DNA of 64,000 nucleotides, from positions 13,908-77,907 of the forward strand of contig JAQTNW010000010.1 in NCBI GenBank assembly GCA_028713655.1. Reading direction: 5' to 3'. The DNA is from Candidatus Methylacidiphilales bacterium (GTDB taxonomy: Bacteria; Verrucomicrobiota; Verrucomicrobiia; Methylacidiphilales; JAAUTS01). Below are positions 29,755-38,053 of the stretch, one piece after another (position 1 is the stretch's first letter; each line of letters opens with the position of its first letter). Made by a program: the position numbers and the translations under genes. Under the pieces are notes generated by a model. The model had not been told where the DNA came from and searched no databases. It worked only from the letters and a program-made list of their open reading frames with translations.

Positions 29755-31779
29755 ATGTTGAAGACCCGTTCCCGCCTATTATTATTGGCAACGGCCGCAT
29801 TTGCGGCGTTCGCCCTCTCATCAGGCCATTGCCAAGCCGAGGAAGCCCCCCAGGAAAACAAAACACAACCCGCGCAGGCCGCCACCCCGGTCCAGCCCGA
29901 TAGCACCCAGTCCGCTTCTTCGGAAGACTCAAAAAAAGAGTCGAAGAAAGAAAAAAAGAAGGAGCAGGACTCCGATGAAATCGTAGTCACCGCGACGCGT
30001 ACCGAAACGCCTGTTTCGAAAACGGGCGCTTCGACCACAGTAATTACACGCCAGCAAATTGAAGACCAGCAACTGCACACGGTCGCGGAAGCCTTGGAGG
30101 AAGTTCCGGGCGTGGCTGTTGCCCAGTCTGGAACTCCCGGGCAGGTCACCGGCCTCTTTATTCGCGGGACAAAAACCGAGAGCACCCAGGTCATCATTGA
30201 TGGACGCCGCATCCCCTTCAACCTGGCCGGCAGTTTCGGCGTGGAAAACCTCGCGCTCGACGACGTGGAACGCATTGAGGTCGTGCGCGGCCCGCTCAGC
30301 TCCGTGCAGGGCGGCCCGGCCATCGGCGGCGTCATTAACATCATCACCCGCAGCGGCAAAGGCCTCGATAAACCGGAATTCACCGGTGGATTTGAAGCCG
30401 GCTCCTTTCAGACCTTTCACGAACTGGCCAGCGCCCGCGGCGCCTGCGGGCCGTTTGACTACAGCGTCCAGGCGGGCAGGCTTGACACCGACAACGAGCG
30501 TCCTAACAATCAATACCGCCTGACCAACGTCACCACCAAGGAAGGCTACCAGATCAACGATCAGTTGTATGCCGATCTGCTTTTCTTTTACAATCTGGCC
30601 GACGTCGGCACGCCTAACAGCGTGAGCGATCCGGAACCAATTGCCAGCTTGTTGCGCGAAACCTGGATGATTTCACCGGGACTCGACTACAAAACAACCG
30701 ATTGGTGGGAACAAAAGGTTTATTACAGCCACAGCCAGCAGCGCCAGGTGGCTTCAGACTTCAAGCAAGCCGCCAACTTTTTTCCGCCCCCCGCTACTCT
30801 CAATTTCGGGCAAGACAACCGGGTACAGGTCGATACCGACCAGGTGGATTACCAGAGCGATTTCCAGATTGCGCAGCCATGGAAATTGAGCGCGGGATTT
30901 TCCATGACCGATGCCCGGTATTACCGCAAGATTGATGTGCCAAATGAGTTCAACTTCCCCGCTACACCTGCCGGTACAACAGATGTTCAAAATAATCTCA
31001 CCAACAGCGCCGGCTTTCTGCAAAGCCAATGGGAGATTGTTCACGATTTGAACGTCACGTCCTCCATCCGACTCGATCATGAATCCGACTTTGGAGACTA
31101 CATCACCTGGCGTACGGGCGGCAGTTATCGCGTTCCGGTCACCCGTTCCCTCGTGCATGCGAGTTACGGTACGGCATTTTCTCCTCCGACTCCGCAGGAC
31201 ACCGCATTGGCCTTCGGCGGAAATCCCATGCTCACGCCTGAGCTTAGCAAAGGCTATGACGCGGGCATCGAACAGCCTTTCTGGGACAACAGAATCAAGG
31301 CCTCGGCCACCTACTTCCACAACGACATCAGCAACCTGATCATCTTTGACAGCATGTTCACGCTGCACAACATCGGGCAGGCCCGGACCCAGGGCGGTGA
31401 ATTCGGCCTCTCCGTTTCGCCGATTCAGGAATTGACACTGTCAGCCAATTACACCTATCTCGACGCCTGGGATCTCTCGAACAACCAGCCGCTGGCGAGA
31501 CGCCCGCGCAACCAGATGTCCTTCAATGTGATTGGAAAGCCATGTTCTGCGGTTGTGCTGAACTTGGGCGGACTCTGGGTTGCGGACCGGACGGACGGCT
31601 TCAATCCCACCCCGATTGAGGATTATTTTGTTATGCGCTTTGCCGCCTCATATAAGGTTAATCCGCATCTGGAAGTCTTCGGCCGGATCGAAAACCTGCT
31701 GAACGAATCCTACGAAGAGGTGCGCGGCTTTCCCGCATTGGGCCAGGCGGCCTATGCCGGCTTCAAGCTGACGTATTAA
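29755..31779 (+). CDS. btuB: TonB-dependent receptor, BtuB-like (vitamin B12 / corrinoid uptake inferred from the riboswitch)
   Basis: A signal peptide is followed by the TonB box/plug DEIVVTATRTETPVSKTGASTTVITRQQIE. The 674-aa product looks like a beta-barrel protein and ends in YAGFKLTY. Confidence 0.8.
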   Translation: MLKTRSRLLLLATAAFAAFALSSGHCQAEEAPQENKTQPAQAATPVQPDSTQSASSEDSKKESKKEKKKEQDSDEIVVTATRTETPVSKTGASTTVITRQQIEDQQLHTVAEALEEVPGVAVAQSGTPGQVTGLFIRGTKTESTQVIIDGRRIPFNLAGSFGVENLALDDVERIEVVRGPLSSVQGGPAIGGVINIITRSGKGLDKPEFTGGFEAGSFQTFHELASARGACGPFDYSVQAGRLDTDNERPNNQYRLTNVTTKEGYQINDQLYADLLFFYNLADVGTPNSVSDPEPIASLLRETWMISPGLDYKTTDWWEQKVYYSHSQQRQVASDFKQAANFFPPPATLNFGQDNRVQVDTDQVDYQSDFQIAQPWKLSAGFSMTDARYYRKIDVPNEFNFPATPAGTTDVQNNLTNSAGFLQSQWEIVHDLNVTSSIRLDHESDFGDYITWRTGGSYRVPVTRSLVHASYGTAFSPPTPQDTALAFGGNPMLTPELSKGYDAGIEQPFWDNRIKASATYFHNDISNLIIFDSMFTLHNIGQARTQGGEFGLSVSPIQELTLSANYTYLDAWDLSNNQPLARRPRNQMSFNVIGKPCSAVVLNLGGLWVADRTDGFNPTPIEDYFVMRFAASYKVNPHLEVFGRIENLLNESYEEVRGFPALGQAAYAGFKLTY

Positions 31780-31826
31780 AAAACTGAACCGCTGGCTCCG
31801 AAATTCGGCGCGGGCACGTGCAGACC

Positions 31827-31880
31827 GATAAACACGGATTCGAGAAACGCAGAGAATATCCGCGTCCATCCGTGTTTATC
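31827..31880. repeat. Hairpin unit of the 'ggataaacacgg' family (13-bp arms, 28-nt spacer)
   Basis: gataaacacggat (31827-31839) is the reverse complement of atccgtgtttatc (31868-31880). Confidence 0.85.
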
Positions 31881-32051
31881 CGCGGTTCCACATGTCTTGT
31901 AACCTGGCTCCGAGCAAGAACCAGCAAATGGAGCCATGCTGCCATCAGGAAACTTTTTCGTATTCTTCACGTTCTCGCCACGGATTTTCCTCCAATACCG
32001 GGGAAAATTCGAAGCAGTTGAACCACGGACTCCGACATCCGTCGCGAGCGG

Positions 32052-32444
32052 GTGGACACGGATAAACACGGATTATGGTTGAAGAGCGAAACTGAGACTA
32101 TTATCTCCTGTGCTTTTGAGGTACTGAATGGGCTCGGTCACGGGCTGTTGGAAAAGCCATACGAAAATGCCCTCGTCGTCGAGCTGGGTTTGCGAGCTAT
32201 TCCATGTGAGCAACAGCGGCGTTACGATGTCCTCTACAAAACTGTTAAAGTTGGCGAATATGTGCCCGATCTTATCGCTTTCGGGAACGTAGTGGTGGAC
32301 GCCAAGGTCATTGAGCGCATCACCAACCATGAACTGGGCCAGATGCTCAACTACCTCAAAATCACAGGTCATCCTGTTGGTCTCATCCTCAATTTCCAAC
32401 GCCCCCGTCTTGAATGGAAGCGTGTGGTGAACACTGCTTCATAA
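32052..32444 (+). CDS. GxxExxY protein (PD-(D/E)XK nuclease-fold family)
   Basis: The eponymous motif is GLLEKPY. VPDLIAFGNVVVDAKV resembles a D...D/ExK core, and LNYLKITGHPVGLILNF is also present. The first 7 codons (GTG start) are read from a flanking repeat, so the true start may be the TTG at 32079. Confidence 0.8.
   Translation: MDTDKHGLWLKSETETIISCAFEVLNGLGHGLLEKPYENALVVELGLRAIPCEQQRRYDVLYKTVKVGEYVPDLIAFGNVVVDAKVIERITNHELGQMLNYLKITGHPVGLILNFQRPRLEWKRVVNTAS
32057..32073. repeat. Left 17-bp inverted repeat flanking the GxxExxY gene (cacggataaacacggat)
   Basis: It is the perfect reverse complement of 32465-32481. Confidence 0.9.
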
Positions 32445-32464
32445 AAACTAAAAAATCCGCGTCC

Positions 32465-32481
32465 ATCCGTGTTTATCCGTG
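32465..32481. repeat. Right 17-bp inverted repeat flanking the GxxExxY gene (atccgtgtttatccgtg)
   Basis: It is the perfect reverse complement of 32057-32073. The longer string atccgcgtccatccgtgtttatccg is also present at 31857-31881. Confidence 0.9.
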
Positions 32482-32549
32482 GTTCAATTCAAACCACCGG
32501 ATCTGATTCCGGCATGGCTGAATCAGGATTGCAGGCAGAAGCGGTTTAG

Positions 32550-32876
32550 GTGATGATAAACGCCATGAACGTGGCCGAATTGCCCATCCGGATTGACCGC
32601 GAGAAGATCGCGGAGTTTTGCCGCGCCCGTGGCATCCGCAAATTGAGCTTGTTCGGTTCGGTGTTGCGAGATGACTTCGACCCGGCGCGAAGCGATGTGG
32701 ACGTGTTGGCAGAATTGCTGCCCAGTGCGCGGCCCGGCTGGGAGTTCTTCGGGTGGCATGAAGACCTGGCTCCCATCATTGGACGCAAGGTGGACCTGCA
32801 CACACCCAATAGTTTAAGCCAGTATTTCCGCGATGAAGTGTTGCGGGAAGCAATGACTGTTTATGAGCAGGCATGA
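32550..32876 (+). CDS. mntA: Nucleotidyltransferase-family antitoxin (MntA-like)
   Basis: LSLFGSVLRDDFDPARSDVDVLAE is the minimal NTase GS...DxD motif. The 108-aa gene overlaps the downstream HepT-like frame by 14 nt. Confidence 0.75.
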   Translation: MMINAMNVAELPIRIDREKIAEFCRARGIRKLSLFGSVLRDDFDPARSDVDVLAELLPSARPGWEFFGWHEDLAPIIGRKVDLHTPNSLSQYFRDEVLREAMTVYEQA

Positions 32877-33206
32877 TCCCAAAATAACGCTACGGCAGGT
32901 GGCCGATCATGCGCGGCAGGCTCAGGAACTTTGTGCACAGAATAAGTTGCCTCAAATCCTCGCCGACTGGCAAAAACGGGCGGCGTTTGAGCGCGTCATG
33001 GAAGTTCTGGGCAAGCCGTAAAACGACTGCCTGCTGACTTGACGGCTCGATATCCAGCAGTGGATTGGCGCGGCATCGCAGGGATGCGTGACCGGGTCAG
33101 CCATGGTTATGATACAATTGATTATGGTCTTTTGTGGCAGGCGGTGGAAACGCGTGTGCCCGGATTGCTCATCACGGTCGAACTGATGCTCAAAGATTTG
33201 AAGTAA
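32863..33206 (+). pseudogene. hepT: HepT/DUF86 (HEPN) toxin gene disrupted by a 1-nt frameshift
   Basis: Frame 1 gives MSRHDPKITLRQVADH...FERVMEVLGKP and stops at 33019. The other frame continues VKRLPADLTARYPAVDWRGIAGMRDRVSHGYDTIDYGLLW...KDLK and stops at 33204-33206, with an Rx4H HEPN motif. The total of 344 nt is one short of a multiple of three. Confidence 0.65.
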
Positions 33207-34535
33207 TCAAATCACCGGTTCTGATTCCGGCCCGGGCGGCGGAAGCTTTTTGACCAGGATCTTGTCAATCCGCTGGCGGTCCATGTCGAGAATTTCAAAC
33301 TGGAAATTTTTCCACTTCACCGTTTCGCCTTCGGCGGGAATGTGCCCGAGTTGCTGCAGCACAAAACCGCCCAGGGTCTGGTAGTCTCCCTCGTCCTCGC
33401 CGCTCAATTCCCGGATTCCAAGCGCTGCTTTCGCGTCGTCGGTCTCCATCATGGCATCCACAAGCCAGGTGCCGTCGTCGCGCTTGCGCGCCTGCGGTTT
33501 GTTCCGAAGTTCCTTTTCCGGCAATTGTCCCACGATGGCTTCCATCACATCCTTGAGAGTGGCCACGCCCTGGACGGATCCGAATTCATCCACGGCCAGC
33601 GCAATGTGGCTCCGCGTTTTCTTGAATTCCTCGATCAACTTCCCGGCGGGCATCGTCGTCGGAACATACAATGGCGCGGTCACCACGCTTTTGAGATCCA
33701 CATTCCCCGTCAGTGAAATGTTCGCCCAGAGCGATTTCACAGAGACCAGGCCCACCACGTTGTCGCGAGTACCCTGATAAACCGGGAAATGCGAGTGGCC
33801 GCTGCCGGCGATCTTGCGCCAGTTGTTTTCGGGCTCGTCGCCGATATTCAGCCAGATGACCTGGGCGCGCGGCGTCATCAGGTCATCGACCGTCTGTTCG
33901 TCCAGATTCAGGACGCCTTCCACCATCTCCTTCTCGGATTTCTTGAAAACGCCGGCCGTCAGACCCTGGTCGATCAACACCCGCACCTCTTCTTCCGAAA
34001 CCGGAGAATGCTCCGCCTTTTTAACACCCATCAATGCCAGCAAAATGTCGCTGCAGGCGTTCAAAAAATTCACGATATAGGAAACGGAGCGCGACATGGC
34101 GTCCATCGGGCCGGCCATGAATTTGGCAATGGTCTCCGGGTGATTGAGTGCCAGACGTTTCGGAACCAATTCCCCGATCAGCACCGAAAAGAACGTAATC
34201 AGTGCCACAATGATGGCCAGACTGATGTCATGGGCGTAGCGCCCCAAAAACGGCAGGGGCTGAAAAACGGCGCCGAGGGCTTCAGGCAACGCGGACGTAC
34301 CGATCGCGCCCGCAAGCACGTTGATCAATGTGATGCCCACCTGGACCGTGGAAAGGAAACGTCCCGGCGCATTGGCCAGTTCCGAGGCCAGTTTGGCGCC
34401 CGGCTCCCCATCCTCCGCCATGGCCTGGAGACGACTCTTGCGAGAGGCCACCAGCGCCATTTCCGCCATGGCGAACAAGCCGTTGCCCACGAGGAGCACG
34501 GCGATGAAAATAATCTCAATGGCTATTTTTGACAT
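33207..34535 (-). CDS. CNNM/TlyC-family hemolysin-like transporter (DUF21 + CBS pair + CorC_HlyC)
   Basis: The 442-aa product has 4 N-terminal TM helices containing FAMAEMALVASRK. A CBS region (VDDLMTPR...) follows, and the C-terminal part is a CorC-type domain (GGFVLQQLGHIPAEGE). Confidence 0.85.
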   Translation of the reverse strand: MSKIAIEIIFIAVLLVGNGLFAMAEMALVASRKSRLQAMAEDGEPGAKLASELANAPGRFLSTVQVGITLINVLAGAIGTSALPEALGAVFQPLPFLGRYAHDISLAIIVALITFFSVLIGELVPKRLALNHPETIAKFMAGPMDAMSRSVSYIVNFLNACSDILLALMGVKKAEHSPVSEEEVRVLIDQGLTAGVFKKSEKEMVEGVLNLDEQTVDDLMTPRAQVIWLNIGDEPENNWRKIAGSGHSHFPVYQGTRDNVVGLVSVKSLWANISLTGNVDLKSVVTAPLYVPTTMPAGKLIEEFKKTRSHIALAVDEFGSVQGVATLKDVMEAIVGQLPEKELRNKPQARKRDDGTWLVDAMMETDDAKAALGIRELSGEDEGDYQTLGGFVLQQLGHIPAEGETVKWKNFQFEILDMDRQRIDKILVKKLPPPGPESEPVI

Positions 34536-34543
34536 GGTTACAA

Positions 34544-34577
34544 AGTTTTAAGTCTTAAGTTTAAAGTTTTAAGCTTC
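34544..34577. repeat. 'ttttaagtttaaag' family abutting a minus-strand start codon
   Basis: The sequence is agttttaagtcttaagtttaaagttttaagc. A related copy at 59849-59910 is split by a 33-nt hairpin-containing insert. The first copy begins 8 nt upstream of the CNNM ATG, and the second lies directly upstream of the ArnD-like ATG. Confidence 0.7.
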
Positions 34578-34694
34578 AGATATTCATCTCGGTTCATTTT
34601 CTTAACCCGTGGCTGCTTTTCCAAATCCTATCCACTTTTGCGTATTTTGCGGCTAACAAACCCCCTTGTCTTCCCCCTTTTCAGGGGGATGTTT

Positions 34695-34801
34695 GTCGGT
34701 TTTCTCATCCGCGTTTATCCGTGTCCATCCGTGGTAAAAAATCTCCGTGTTTTCTCTGTGGCCAAACTTTGCGCCCTGGCGTCTTATGCCCTTTGCGTTA
34801 A
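34695..34801. repeat. Composite ~100-bp repeat, copy 2
   Basis: The sequence is catccgcgtttatccgtgtccatccgtggtaaaaaatctccgtgttttctctgtggccaaactttgcgccctggcgtcttatgccctttgcgttaa. It ends 7 nt from the stop of the class V aminotransferase gene (minus strand). Confidence 0.75.
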
Positions 34802-34808
34802 TGGTTTT

Positions 34809-35990
34809 TCAGCGTCCTGAAGCGTATTCCGCACAGGTCTCGACCAATTGGTCAAGCTCCTGTTCGGTGTTGTAAAAATGCGGTGAAACCCTGAAAAGCT
34901 CCTCTCCCGCGCGGTTGTGCCGGAGTGAAACAGAAATTTTCTTCTCCTGCAACCGCGACATCAGGCCCTTCCGGTCGCATTGTTTGGGAAAATAAAACGT
35001 CAGGATTCCGGAGCACTCATTCTCGGAAATGTCGCGCATGCCATAGAGGTCAAAACCCAGCGCCGTCAGACGTGGAACCAGATAACGCCGCAGTTCCAGA
35101 AGCCGCGCTGCCACCGCATTCACCCCGATTTCCAACAGAAATTCCATGGAAGCCTGCATGGCCAGGATGCCGGGGACATTCAAACTGCCCGGCTCATAGC
35201 GCCGGGCGCCTTCGTAAAACTCAATGGTGTCCTGGGCGATGAAGTTGGGCGATTGCACGTTCCAGGACCCGAGCAGGGCTGGCCGCAGGCGGCCGAAGTG
35301 TTCCTCCTTTACATAAAAAATCCCCGCTCCGAGCGGACCTAACAACCATTTGTGTGAATCCGCGCTGAGAAAATCCACATGCTCCACCGAAAGCGGGAAC
35401 GCCCCCAGCGTCTGGATGCCGTCCAGGCAGAACAAAACTCCGCGCTCATGCAGCTTTTTCCCAATCCCCTCCGCATCGATCCGGTAGCCGCTGATAAAAT
35501 TCGCCGTGGCCAGCGCCACCAGCTTTGTTTTCGGTGAAAGCTCTTTGCGCAGCGTTTCCCAGGTGATTTTTCCGGGCTCGCCCGGCTGGAGAAACCGCAC
35601 CACCACTCCGCGCGCTCTCAGCTTGATCCACGGATAGACATTGGCCGGGTAATCATCCTGATAACAAATCACCTCATCGCCCGCCTGCCAAGACAACCCG
35701 TCTGCGACAAGATTCAATCCCAGCGCGGTGGGGCCCAGCAGCGCAATTTCGGAGTCCTTCGCGCCGATCAGGTTTGCCGCAGTCTTGCGCGCCCGCTGCA
35801 CCCGCATCCAGACCGCCGGACCTTCCTGCTGGTCCTCACAGGCCTGATCCGCAAACCAACGCAGGGCTTCACAAGCCGGTTGAGGTAAGGCCGTGACGCC
35901 CGCATGCGCGAAAAAAGCGCGGCTCTTGGCCACCGGAAAAAGTCGGCGGCGCAGCTCTTCGTTGCGAAGCACTTCGGTGAGCGTGTTCAT
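34809..35990 (-). CDS. Aminotransferase class V-fold PLP enzyme (cysteine desulfurase / selenocysteine lyase-like)
   Basis: The 393-aa product has the PLP-lysine motif SADSHKWLLGPLGAG. The overall layout fits class V. Confidence 0.75.
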   Translation of the reverse strand: MNTLTEVLRNEELRRRLFPVAKSRAFFAHAGVTALPQPACEALRWFADQACEDQQEGPAVWMRVQRARKTAANLIGAKDSEIALLGPTALGLNLVADGLSWQAGDEVICYQDDYPANVYPWIKLRARGVVVRFLQPGEPGKITWETLRKELSPKTKLVALATANFISGYRIDAEGIGKKLHERGVLFCLDGIQTLGAFPLSVEHVDFLSADSHKWLLGPLGAGIFYVKEEHFGRLRPALLGSWNVQSPNFIAQDTIEFYEGARRYEPGSLNVPGILAMQASMEFLLEIGVNAVAARLLELRRYLVPRLTALGFDLYGMRDISENECSGILTFYFPKQCDRKGLMSRLQEKKISVSLRHNRAGEELFRVSPHFYNTEQELDQLVETCAEYASGR

Positions 35991-36003
35991 GGCCTGCGGG
36001 GAA

Positions 36004-37242
36004 TCAAAGGACGTCCACGGCCAATCCGGCTGTGATGTCTTCCCCCGAATCCACCCGGGATTTGAGCACGGCTGCCGAGGGGGTTTCGGCCCTGAGCCTG
36101 GCCACGATGCCGGGCAGGACGGCCAGCACGCGGTCCACTTCCTGCTCCGTATTATACACGCTGAAGGAAAAACGCAGGGCAGTCAGCGCCAGTTCCTTCG
36201 GCACGCCCATCGCGCGCAGCACATGCGAAGGCTCAAGCGAGCCCGTCGTGCATGCGGAACCGGCCGAGGCGCAAATTCCATACTGGTCGAGCATGATCAG
36301 CAGGGCTTCAGCCTCCACTCCGCTGAAGGAAATGTTAGTGGTGTTGGGCAGGCGCTTTTCCGCATGCCCGTTCCGTTGCGTGCCCGGAATGGACGACAGC
36401 ACGGCGTTCTCAAACTTGTCCCGCAGCCCGCGCACCCGCGTGTCTTCGTCACTCATGTTTTCCCGGGCCTCGTCCGCCGCCTGACCCAACCCCACAATCG
36501 ACGCCACATTTTCCGTGCCGCCGCGCTTGCCCTTCTCCTGATGCCCGCCCAGCAGCATCGGCACAAACTTGGCCCGGCGCCGCACATAAAGCACGCCCAC
36601 GCCCTTCGGCGCATGAAGCTTGTGTCCCGAGACGGATAGAAAATCAATTTTCAGATCGTTGAGCCGGATCGGAATTTTTCCCACAGCCTGCACCGCATCT
36701 GTATGGAACAGTACGCCGCGCGCGCGGCAAAGTTCTCCGATCTCCTCCACTGGAAACAACACGCCGGTTTCATTGTTCGCCCACATGAGCGAAACAATCG
36801 CGGTGTCGGGACGCAACGCCTCCTCCACCTGCCGCGCCTGCAACGTGCCGTCCGCCGCCACCGGTAAAATGGTGACGCCGTAGCCCAGGCGTTCCAAGTG
36901 CTCGGCTTGGTTTTTCACCGCCGAATGTTCGGTGGCGCTGGTAATGACATGCCGGTGCCCGGTGGTCTGGAGTGCGGAAAGGATCGCGGTGTTGTCCGAC
37001 TCCGTCCCGCAGCTTGTAAAAATCACTTCCCTGGCATCGCAGCCCAGCAACGCGGCGGTCTGTTCGCGGGCCCGCTGCACCGCATCATTCACCTCGCGCC
37101 CGATTTGGTATGCGCTGGAGGGATTGCCGTAGTACTGCGTCAGATATGGCACCATGGCCTCGAAGACCGAAGGGCTGATCTGCGTCGTGGCATTGTTGTC
37201 AAAATAGATGGTTTTCCGCTTTGTCATGATTTCACTCTCCAC
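36004..37242 (-). CDS. Cysteine desulfurase, NifS/IscS type
   Basis: The product contains IYFDNNATT, FTSCGTESDN and SVSGHKLHAPKGVG (PLP Lys). SAGSACTTG is the catalytic Cys loop. Confidence 0.85.
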   Translation of the reverse strand: MESEIMTKRKTIYFDNNATTQISPSVFEAMVPYLTQYYGNPSSAYQIGREVNDAVQRAREQTAALLGCDAREVIFTSCGTESDNTAILSALQTTGHRHVITSATEHSAVKNQAEHLERLGYGVTILPVAADGTLQARQVEEALRPDTAIVSLMWANNETGVLFPVEEIGELCRARGVLFHTDAVQAVGKIPIRLNDLKIDFLSVSGHKLHAPKGVGVLYVRRRAKFVPMLLGGHQEKGKRGGTENVASIVGLGQAADEARENMSDEDTRVRGLRDKFENAVLSSIPGTQRNGHAEKRLPNTTNISFSGVEAEALLIMLDQYGICASAGSACTTGSLEPSHVLRAMGVPKELALTALRFSFSVYNTEQEVDRVLAVLPGIVARLRAETPSAAVLKSRVDSGEDITAGLAVDVL

Positions 37243-37287
37243 CCGCGGGGCCTTTCGGTTCGCAGGTTGAAGGGATAGGATATCAGA

Positions 37288-37935
37288 TCAGTCGCTTAAC
37301 TCAACATTCCAATAAGCAACATCAAGGAAGTGCTTCCAGGAATCATGCGGGACCGTGGAGATCTGGATGTTGATGAAAGTCCGGAGCTTGGGCTTCTTGG
37401 GCTTGCGTAACAAAACCATGCTCGCCTCATGGGGCAAACGGTTGCCTTTCCGGGTGTTGCAGGGAACACAGGAGGCCACCACATTCTCCCAAGTCGTCCG
37501 CCCGCCGCGGTCGCGCGGCATGACGTGGTCGATGTTCAAGTCTTTGCGTTCAAACGGCTTGGCGCAATACTGGCAGGTAAAACTGTCCCGCTCGAAAATG
37601 TTATTGCGGGTCAACTTCACCTCTTTGCGCGGCAGGCGGTCAAACATGAGAAGCACAATAATCTGCGGGACGCGGATCCTGAAATTCACGCTGCGCAGGC
37701 ATTCCTCGTCATGGGATTGCTGGGAAAAATCGCTCCATTCGGAAAAATCCAGGGTCAAATATTCGCCATTGGACGCATTAACCACTTGGGCATGCCCCAG
37801 ATACAGCAGGGAAAAAGCCCGCCGCACTGTGCAAACACTCACAGCCTGCCAAAGCCTGTTTAACACTAAAACAGGGCGATTTAAGATCGTATCCACCTGG
37901 TTGCCTCGGTAAAAAAGGACGCAAATTGCTACCAC
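37288..37935 (-). CDS. HNH endonuclease
   Basis: CQYCAKPFERKDLNIDHVMPRDRGGRTTWENVVASCVPCNTRKGN is a CxxC...H...N...CxxC HNH core. An N-terminal VLVLNRLWQAVS domain is common in this family. The start is uncertain. Confidence 0.75.
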   Translation of the reverse strand: MVAICVLFYRGNQVDTILNRPVLVLNRLWQAVSVCTVRRAFSLLYLGHAQVVNASNGEYLTLDFSEWSDFSQQSHDEECLRSVNFRIRVPQIIVLLMFDRLPRKEVKLTRNNIFERDSFTCQYCAKPFERKDLNIDHVMPRDRGGRTTWENVVASCVPCNTRKGNRLPHEASMVLLRKPKKPKLRTFINIQISTVPHDSWKHFLDVAYWNVELSD

Positions 37936-38053
37936 AAGTCGCTTTCGGGGTCAACTTAGGAAGAAAATCAGGCCGAATCGCCAAAAAGCTAAATTTTTTT
38001 TAGTGAGTAACTTAGCTGAATAGAGATTGCGTTTTTACTCATAAATATGTTAA

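Noticed and set aside
29664-30383. A 239-aa minus-strand ORF, and similar ORFs at 39089-39973 (294 aa), 50799-51521 (240 aa) and 51537-52304 (255 aa).
   Set aside because: They are antisense to the TonB-dependent receptor, TPR, rlmN and LysM genes respectively. They have no motifs.
32478-32500. ggttcaattcaaaccaccgg, which resembles a tRNA T-arm.
   Set aside because: There is no GTTCGAATC-type T-loop, and no acceptor or anticodon stems can be drawn. The sequence is part of the repeat that flanks the GxxExxY gene.
34809-37935. The HNH gene plus two cysteine desulfurase-type genes, considered as a Dnd/Ssp DNA phosphorothioation system.
   Set aside because: No DndB/C/D/E or SspB/C/D-like genes are in the window. 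The HNH protein resembles a common stand-alone family. I kept only the linkage as a low-interest finding.
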